From Macrostomum lignano (lineage: Eukaryota): a stretch of DNA of 64,000 nucleotides. Position 1 is the stretch's first letter. Each line of letters starts with the position of its first letter. A model generated the notes under the pieces. The model ran no database searches and was not told the origin of the DNA. It saw only the letters and a list, made by a program, of their open reading frames with translations. The translations under genes and the position numbers were made by a program. Shown here piece after piece: positions 61,750 through 64,000 of this stretch. Location of the stretch: assembly GCA_002269645.1 (NCBI GenBank), contig NIVC01002970.1, positions 62,001-126,000 of the forward strand, written 5' to 3'.

Positions 61750-62875
61750 CAGGTTTCACCACCTTGCAGCTCAGCATCACCAGGTCGCCCTCCTGTACGG
61801 TCGGAACCGAGTTTCCATGTTTTACGCTCGTTGCGCTCGGCCTGTAACCCCTGCAGCTGCTGATAAACATGCGCCCGGCTGAGTTGCCTCTGCAAAGTCC
61901 AGCGCATCAGTGAAGTCGTGCTGTGCAGCTTGGCGTCGATTGGCAGCCTTTGTGGCCATCCGTGCAGCGTCTGGTTCGGCGACAGACCCATGCTAGAGTG
62001 CACTGAGCTGTTGAAGGGCCACGTGACAAAGGCGAGTTGATAAAGGTCGTCTTAATCCTCGGCCACAACCGCCGCTGAGATAGAAAATCGAAGTGTGGCT
62101 TTTCTGCATGCCGCGCCGCTGGCACAGAGACAGGAACAGTTGGCTTTCGAATTGACACCCTTAGTCGCTGTGGATTGCGTCTGGAATGCCCTGCCGAAGC
62201 CCTACCTGCCTGACCAGAGCGTCGGCCACCTGCTCAGCACATTAATGTTGTCTTGTGGCGTCCTTGACAGCGGACCTTTGATATTGATCTGGACCGTATC
62301 CCATGGCCTCGACGGCAGTGATGTCGCTTGCAGCCACTGCTTGCATGAAGATGGAGAGTGCTCATTGGGCACTTGATTGCGGATTGGAGCTGGCTCTTCG
62401 CCACTAACCTTCAGAAGTTTCCCGACGGCCAAACCTTTGATGGAGAGACGGCCGCGCTGTGACCCTAGCCGGACCAGTTGGAGCAGTGACCTCGGCCCTG
62501 AGATCCGCCAGCAGGCCACCGGCGAGCGATGTGACCTTCCTTGTCGCACCGAAAGCAGCCTGATGGTCTGATGGCTGTCATGTACAGCAGCTTTAAGGAA
62601 TACGAAAGCTCTTGCAGTGTTTCTGCGCTGTTTCTCCGTCGATCTTGGAACTCTTCCATGGCGCGATGCTGACTACTTGCTCCACCAAACTGCTTTTGTT
62701 GCACCGCTTTTATCTTTTTGTAGCTTTTCCTATCAGATCCCGGTAGATCCCAAACGCAGATCTGGGCTTTATCATGCAACAGCTTCGGCTTCAGCTTCGA
62801 AGCAGATTGTACCCCGTCCCAGCCTTTGTTTTCTACAAAGTCAGCGAAGACACCAAGCCATTTGTGCAGGTGCAT
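61750..62875 (-). mobile_element. Heavily deleted Ty3/Gypsy LTR-retrotransposon fragment (gag + integrase pieces)
   Basis: Gag-like segment ending in the zinc knuckle CFRCDKEGHIARR. Integrase-like LPSRPWDTVQINIKGPLSRT..NINVL, GIPDAIHSD and FNSSVHSSMGLSP. RT/RNase H are absent and LTRs were not identified. Confidence 0.75.
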
Positions 62876-63366
62876 AGAGTGGTCACGATTGCATAGCCAC
62901 CATAAGAGTCTAAGTTTCAGGAGTCAGTACAACCTAGTTTTAGGATCAAAAGTGCATTTTATAGTCTTAAGGATTGTTAAAAGTGGTAATCAAATTGTAC
63001 GACTGATAGCTATAAAATTTATGAAAAAAATTTACAGGCTGTGTGATTACAGAAAAATGACCGCATTTGACGGCGAACGGTGTGAACGAGTCTGCTGTTA
63101 TATATTTCGCATGCTGTTAAATCGATACTGTTTCTGCCCACTTGACCGACCGTCTCACTCATTTTTCTTTGTAAAATCAGGGAAAACGTAAATACATATG
63201 ATTTATACCATAGACATTTCTTCCAGTATAGATTTTTAGCATAAAAGAAATCAAGCTCTGATCTCTACGTAAAAAAGACTACAAGAGCGACCTGAGGTTG
63301 AACTATCAGTATAGCGCGAACCAAGTGCACTTTAACCGGCAACTAGCTAAGAGACAACAATAAAAG

Positions 63367-63813
63367 ATGACCGCGCTAGTTGAAAGCGGTAGAGCAAAGC
63401 AGGACGCTGAACTGTCTTGCTCGTCGTTTTCAAATCAAGAGCCGCCTTCTGCGCAGCAACACCACCAGCAGCAGCAGCAGACGCAGAGCAGCGAAAAAAA
63501 ACAGCATCATCAAGCAGATTTATCGGCAGATAATTGGAGCACCAAGTTGAGCAGCGTGCCTCTGTCGATTGGATTTGACCTGTCCGTGTTTGCCACTCAT
63601 GACCGGTGCGGCCGGCTTACTCTGCACCCGGTACTGCGGGCTGTTGACAAACCAAAAGTACAAGGCGACAGTCAAAATCTAGGTCGAAACAATTGCGCTC
63701 GAACTGTGCCCGATTATCGCGCGGAAACGTCTGAGAGTCCCGATTGTAATCGCGCTGCTAGCTCTCGAAGAAAACCTCAACTGATCTTGGATGCGGCCGA
63801 CATATGTCAGTAG
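63367..63813 (+). CDS. Hypothetical Q/H-rich protein (148 aa, or first exon of a gene leaving the window)
   Basis: ATG in A-rich context, a non-repeat ORF with the same CAG-rich poly-Q style as the Fzd4 tail, and AT-rich flanks. No recognisable domain. Confidence 0.35.
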   Translation: MTALVESGRAKQDAELSCSSFSNQEPPSAQQHHQQQQQTQSSEKKQHHQADLSADNWSTKLSSVPLSIGFDLSVFATHDRCGRLTLHPVLRAVDKPKVQGDSQNLGRNNCARTVPDYRAETSESPDCNRAASSRRKPQLILDAADICQ

Positions 63814-64000
63814 CTTTTGCTTTCCTGGTTTTTGTCGTCTTAATCTTAGTATTGTTTTGGCAGTGTTATGGTATTATATCTAGTTATGCTATTATGCTGC
63901 TCTTTTGATGTAAATTTACTTGCCGATAGGATATAAACTGGTGCCTATAGATTCAGTAAGATCCTTAGTGAGCAGAATTCGTAATCTAGATTATCTACGA

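Overview
Eukaryotic (animal) genomic DNA, not prokaryotic. It has spliceosomal GT-AG introns, GC-rich exons in AT-rich introns and about 25 unrelated mini/microsatellite arrays. The style resembles a Macrostomum-like flatworm, but this is inference only. Genes: an intronless Frizzled-4-like CDS (17888-19861, +) and two diverged tandem 9-exon TMEM135-like genes (A 25605-40686; B 42317-51626, both +). There is also a probable two-exon orphan single-pass membrane protein gene (53507-54258, +), a candidate antisense gene nested in the 10.5-kb intron 6 of TMEM135-A, and a Q-rich ORF at 63367. Mobile DNA: a foldback MITE with 8-bp TSD, an internally deleted Tc1/mariner element, a decayed RTE-like LINE, and MULE and Gypsy remnants. 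Best leads: (1) TMEM135-B carries two alternative, frame-compatible versions of exon 3; (2) an apparent gene-conversion tract in the last exon of the two paralogues, containing a perfect RFX X-box; (3) Fzd4-TMEM135 adjacency as in vertebrates; (4) a family of different minisatellites upstream of Fzd4 sharing an E2F-like GCGCC(A/G)A core. Most long ORFs in the supplied track are repeat translations. All exon models were assembled by eye and lack transcript support.
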